From an uncultured Muribaculaceae bacterium (GTDB taxonomy: Bacteria > Bacillota_I > Bacilli_A > RF39 > UBA660): a stretch of DNA of 64,000 nt. Under the pieces are notes generated by a model. It was not told the DNA's origin. It saw only the letters and a program-made list of their open reading frames with translations, and did no database searches. The stretch spans positions 2,164-66,163 of the forward strand of contig CAYURI010000001.1 of the NCBI GenBank assembly GCA_964447275.1, given 5' to 3'. The position numbers were made by a program, and so were the translations under genes. Positions 60,594-64,000 of the stretch are shown piece after piece; position 1 is the first letter of the stretch; each line of letters begins with the position of its first letter.

Positions 60594-63083
60594 TTATAAT
60601 TTAAAATCGCCAAGAAAATCATCAATGGTTATTTCTTTTACTTCTGCTATTTCTTCTTTAGCTTCTAATGCTGTTTCTTTGACTTCTTCGACCCTGATAA
60701 TATCTGGATATTTGAAGACATCAAGAACGTCTTCTTTAGAAATAATGCTTCCTGTACTTAATAAATCCATAATTGGTATTTCACTATTTTTTATTTCGAT
60801 TATTTCATTATCGGTTTTAAGGCCGAAAATATCTTTAGAATTACTTAAAATAGCTTTTAGGATAGTATAATTAACTGCTTTAACATTTTTAATTAATCTA
60901 GTTCCTTTTTTAGCTCTAGTTAATTCTTCTAAATCAGTTACTTTTATTCTCTTGGCGGTTTTATTATTAGTAAAAATATTTAAGTATTCACTATTTTCAT
61001 CAATTGTTAAGCCACTTACTGCTTCATCTTCTTTTAAGTTAATTCCTTTTACACCACCAGACTTTAAGCCCGTTAAAGGAATTAAATCACTATTAAATAA
61101 TAAATGATAACCATTTTTAGAAACAATTAACGTTTGCTTTTTTTCAATTCTAACATCAATTACTTCATCATTTTCTTTTAATTTTATTAATGTCATAGCT
61201 TTTTTACTTCTGGTTTCCCCAATTAATTTAGCGTCTAGTTTTTTTACTAAGCCTTTTTTAGTAAAGATAATGATATTATTTAATTCTTTTTTAAGAAGTA
61301 AACTATTAATAATTTTTTCACCATCTTTTAAAGTTACAATATTACTAATATGTTTACCTAATTCTTTCCATTTTATTTCTGGTATTAAATGAACTGGTAA
61401 ATAAATATAATTGCCTAAAGAGGTAAATAAGACTAAGTTATCTAAAGTTGTTGTTTCATATTTGTCTAAAACATAGTCACCAGCTTTTAAAGCGGTTTCT
61501 TCTTCATTACTAGCAAATGATTTTAAACTAACTTTCTTTAAATAACCATCATTAGTAATTACAACTACTACTTTTTCTTTCATAATTAAATCTTTGGTAT
61601 CAAGTTTAATCTCAGTTATTTCGTCTTTTATAATCGTTTTTCTTGGTAAAAAGTATTCTTTTTTAATCTTTTTAAGTTCATACATCATAACATCTTTTAA
61701 CTTCTCAGGATCATTTAGAATACTTTCTAAAGCTTTAATAAATTGCTTTAATTGTTCTAGTTTAGTTTCTAATTCTAAAACATCTGTGTTAGTTAATTTA
61801 TATAATTGTAATATAACAATGGCTTTAGCTTGTTCAATGGTAAAAGCATATTCTTTTACTAAGTTTTCTTCAGCATCCATTTTGTTTTTTGATCTTCTAA
61901 TGGTCTTAATAACGTCATCTAATATTGATAGCGCTTTAATCAAGCCTTCAATAATATGATGTTCTTTTTTATAAGCCGCCAAATCAAATTCACTTCTTTT
62001 TATAATTACTTCTTTTTGATGAGCTATATAAGCATCTAAAAGTTCTAAGATACCTAAAGTCATTGGTCTTCTATTTACAATTGCTACCATATTATAATTG
62101 TATGATATTTGTAACTCAGTATTTTTAAGTAAATAATTTAAAACAACTTCTTTATTAGCTCCACTTTTTAAATCAATCGCGATTCTTAAACCTTCACGAT
62201 CAGTCTCATCTCTTACTTCACTAATACCATCCATTTTCTTATCAATTCTAATAACATCCATTTTATTAACTAAACTGGCTTTATTAACTTCAAAAGGAAT
62301 CTCTGTAATAATAATTTGTTCTTTACCACTGGTTTTTTTAAATTCAATCTTACTACGGACAATAACTCTACCACGGCCAGTTTTTAGAGCTTCAATAATG
62401 CCTTCTTTGCCTTCAACAATTCCACCAGTCGGAAAGTCTGGTCCTTTAACAATTTCTAAAATGGTTTCTAGTCTTGAGTTAGGAGATTCTATTCTTTTTA
62501 CTGTCGCATCAATTATTTCCCCTAAATTGTGTGGTGGAATATTGGTAGCATATCCAGCTGATATCCCGCTAGCTCCATTAACAAGTAGATTAGGAAACTT
62601 AGCTGGTAAAACAATTGGTTCTAAAAAACGGTCATCAAAATTAAGTGCCCACGCTACTGTATCTTTTTCTAAATCTTTTAATAATTCACTACTTATCTTA
62701 GATAGTCTCGCTTCAGTATAACGATAAGCTGCTGCTGAGTCACCGTCCATTGAACCATTATTGCCATGAATATCAATTAATATATGATTTTGTTTCCACC
62801 ACTGACTCATTCTTACCATCGCATCATATACTGATGTATCACCATGTGGATGATATTTACCTAAAACATCTCCAACAGTAGCAGCACACTTAATATAACC
62901 CTTTTCATGGTTGTTATTAGCTTTATACATCGCATACAAAATTCTTCTTTGAACTGGTTTTAAGCCATCTCTAACATCAGGTATCGCCCTATCTTGAATG
63001 ATCTCTTTCGCATATTTACCAAAGCGATCACCCATAATTTCTTCTAAAGCATAATCTTGAATTTTTTTAAGTACATCTTGCAT
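60594..63083 (-). CDS. parC: Type IIA topoisomerase A subunit (probably topoisomerase IV ParC; GyrA not excluded)
   Basis: 829 aa. N-terminus AIPDVRDGLKPVQRRILYAM, the active-site Tyr region (AAYRYTEARL) and a beta-pinwheel C-terminal domain without an obvious GyrA box. It sits downstream of a GyrB/ParE-like gene and is not near oriC-type genes. Confidence 0.75.
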   Translation of the reverse strand: MQDVLKKIQDYALEEIMGDRFGKYAKEIIQDRAIPDVRDGLKPVQRRILYAMYKANNNHEKGYIKCAATVGDVLGKYHPHGDTSVYDAMVRMSQWWKQNHILIDIHGNNGSMDGDSAAAYRYTEARLSKISSELLKDLEKDTVAWALNFDDRFLEPIVLPAKFPNLLVNGASGISAGYATNIPPHNLGEIIDATVKRIESPNSRLETILEIVKGPDFPTGGIVEGKEGIIEALKTGRGRVIVRSKIEFKKTSGKEQIIITEIPFEVNKASLVNKMDVIRIDKKMDGISEVRDETDREGLRIAIDLKSGANKEVVLNYLLKNTELQISYNYNMVAIVNRRPMTLGILELLDAYIAHQKEVIIKRSEFDLAAYKKEHHIIEGLIKALSILDDVIKTIRRSKNKMDAEENLVKEYAFTIEQAKAIVILQLYKLTNTDVLELETKLEQLKQFIKALESILNDPEKLKDVMMYELKKIKKEYFLPRKTIIKDEITEIKLDTKDLIMKEKVVVVITNDGYLKKVSLKSFASNEEETALKAGDYVLDKYETTTLDNLVLFTSLGNYIYLPVHLIPEIKWKELGKHISNIVTLKDGEKIINSLLLKKELNNIIIFTKKGLVKKLDAKLIGETRSKKAMTLIKLKENDEVIDVRIEKKQTLIVSKNGYHLLFNSDLIPLTGLKSGGVKGINLKEDEAVSGLTIDENSEYLNIFTNNKTAKRIKVTDLEELTRAKKGTRLIKNVKAVNYTILKAILSNSKDIFGLKTDNEIIEIKNSEIPIMDLLSTGSIISKEDVLDVFKYPDIIRVEEVKETALEAKEEIAEVKEITIDDFLGDFKL

Positions 63084-63092
63084 ATAAACCTC

Positions 63093-64000
63093 CTAATTAC
63101 GATAATCGTCTTCTAAAGTAAATTCAACGTTTTCTTCGATCCATTCTTTTCTTGGTTCAACTTTATCACCCATTAAAACATTAACACGTTTTTCTGCTAA
63201 AGAAGCATCAGAGATATTAACTCTAATTAAACTTCTTGTATCAGGGTTCATTGTTGTTTCCCATAATTGGTCAGCGTTCATTTCACCTAACCCTTTGTAT
63301 CTTTGAATATTATATTTACCAGCATTTTCATTTTTTATTATATCTAATTCTTCATCAGTATAAGCATAAAAATGCTTTTTATCATAACTAATTTTATAAA
63401 GTGGTGGTAAAGCAATAAATAATTTGCCTTTTTCAATTAAACCACGCATATAACGATAGAAAAATGTTAATAATAAAATTTGAATATGAGCCCCATCAAC
63501 ATCAGCATCAGTCATGATAATAATCTTGTCATAATTAGAATCTTCGACCATAAAGTTCGAACCAACACCAGCGCCAATCGTATGAATCATCGTATTTATT
63601 TCTTCATTTTTTAATATGTCATCAACAGAGGCTTTTTCGGTATTAATGACTTTACCACGTAAAGGTAGAATAGCTTGGAATTTACGATCTCTACCACCTT
63701 TAGCACTTCCACCAGCAGAGTCTCCTTCAACTAAGAATAATTCATTAATCTTTGGATTCTTACTTTGAGCGGGTGATAATTTACCTGATAAATTTCTTTC
63801 TAGTTTATTTTTAGACTTGCCGCTACGGGCTTCTTCACGAGCTTTTCTAGCTGCTTCTCTAGCAATTTTACTTTTTTGGACTTTTTCAATAATATTTAAT
63901 GCTGTTTCACGGTTTTCTTCTAAAAAGAATTTTAAGTTCTCATAAGTAATAGATTCTGTTATACTACGGGCTTCTGGTGTCCCAAGTTTACCTTTAGTTT
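63093..64000 (-). CDS. parE: Type IIA topoisomerase B subunit (ParE/GyrB), C-terminal part; the 5' end lies beyond the window
   Basis: The reading frame is open to the window edge. TOPRIM ELFLVEGDSAGGSAKGGRDRKFQAILPLRGKVIN and the tail IIMTDADVDGAHIQILLLTFFYRYM. Confidence 0.8.
   Translation of the reverse strand, partial: TKGKLGTPEARSITESITYENLKFFLEENRETALNIIEKVQKSKIAREAARKAREEARSGKSKNKLERNLSGKLSPAQSKNPKINELFLVEGDSAGGSAKGGRDRKFQAILPLRGKVINTEKASVDDILKNEEINTMIHTIGAGVGSNFMVEDSNYDKIIIMTDADVDGAHIQILLLTFFYRYMRGLIEKGKLFIALPPLYKISYDKKHFYAYTDEELDIIKNENAGKYNIQRYKGLGEMNADQLWETTMNPDTRSLIRVNISDASLAEKRVNVLMGDKVEPRKEWIEENVEFTLEDDYRN

Noticed and set aside
63093-63590. ORF-track start of the last gene at MIHTIGAG (63590)
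   Set aside because: The reading frame remains open upstream to the window edge and encodes the TOPRIM EGDSAGGSAK motif. The gene is a partial parE/gyrB, not a 165-aa protein.

Overview
This is a very AT-rich window from a low-GC Firmicutes-type genome that uses the standard genetic code. Peptidoglycan genes are present (murB, murG, mraY, a class B PBP, murT/gatD), so the organism has a cell wall. Almost all genes are on the minus strand. Conserved housekeeping synteny is clear: mraZ-rsmH-ftsL-pbp, rpmF-yceD, dnaG-sigA-trmK, uvrC, glyA, tsf-rpsB, topA, rbgA-rnhB, rimM-trmD-rplS, lepB, sufC-sufD-sufS-sufU, efp, nfo and parE-parC. Several accessory insertions break this core, and they are listed below in order of interest.

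1. The division/cell-wall (dcw) cluster is split between the PBP gene and mraY by an island that starts at a tRNA-Leu(GAG) gene. The island carries a type VIIb-secretion-like module: essC, a YukD/EsaB-like gene, WXG100 esxA, a second WXG-like gene, and a two-ORF candidate toxin. The toxin's C-terminal half carries a zinc-peptidase (LAS/M15-like) motif. The cluster has no essB, esaA or essA.
2. An LtaS-like sulfatase gene and a processive GT2 glycosyltransferase (QxxRW motif) are inserted between mraY and murG.
3. A dinD (DNA-damage-inducible protein D) cassette is bracketed by 58-bp direct repeats that also encode the C-termini of dinD and lepB.
4. Two tandem ComGC-like prepilin paralogs sit next to parC, and a 510-aa prepilin-like protein with an extreme Gly/Cys-rich tail lies about 2 kb away.
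5. rpmG (L33) appears frameshifted.
6. The suf operon is minimal: sufD is short and sufB is not in the window.

There is no CRISPR array, rRNA gene, integrase or transposase in the window.
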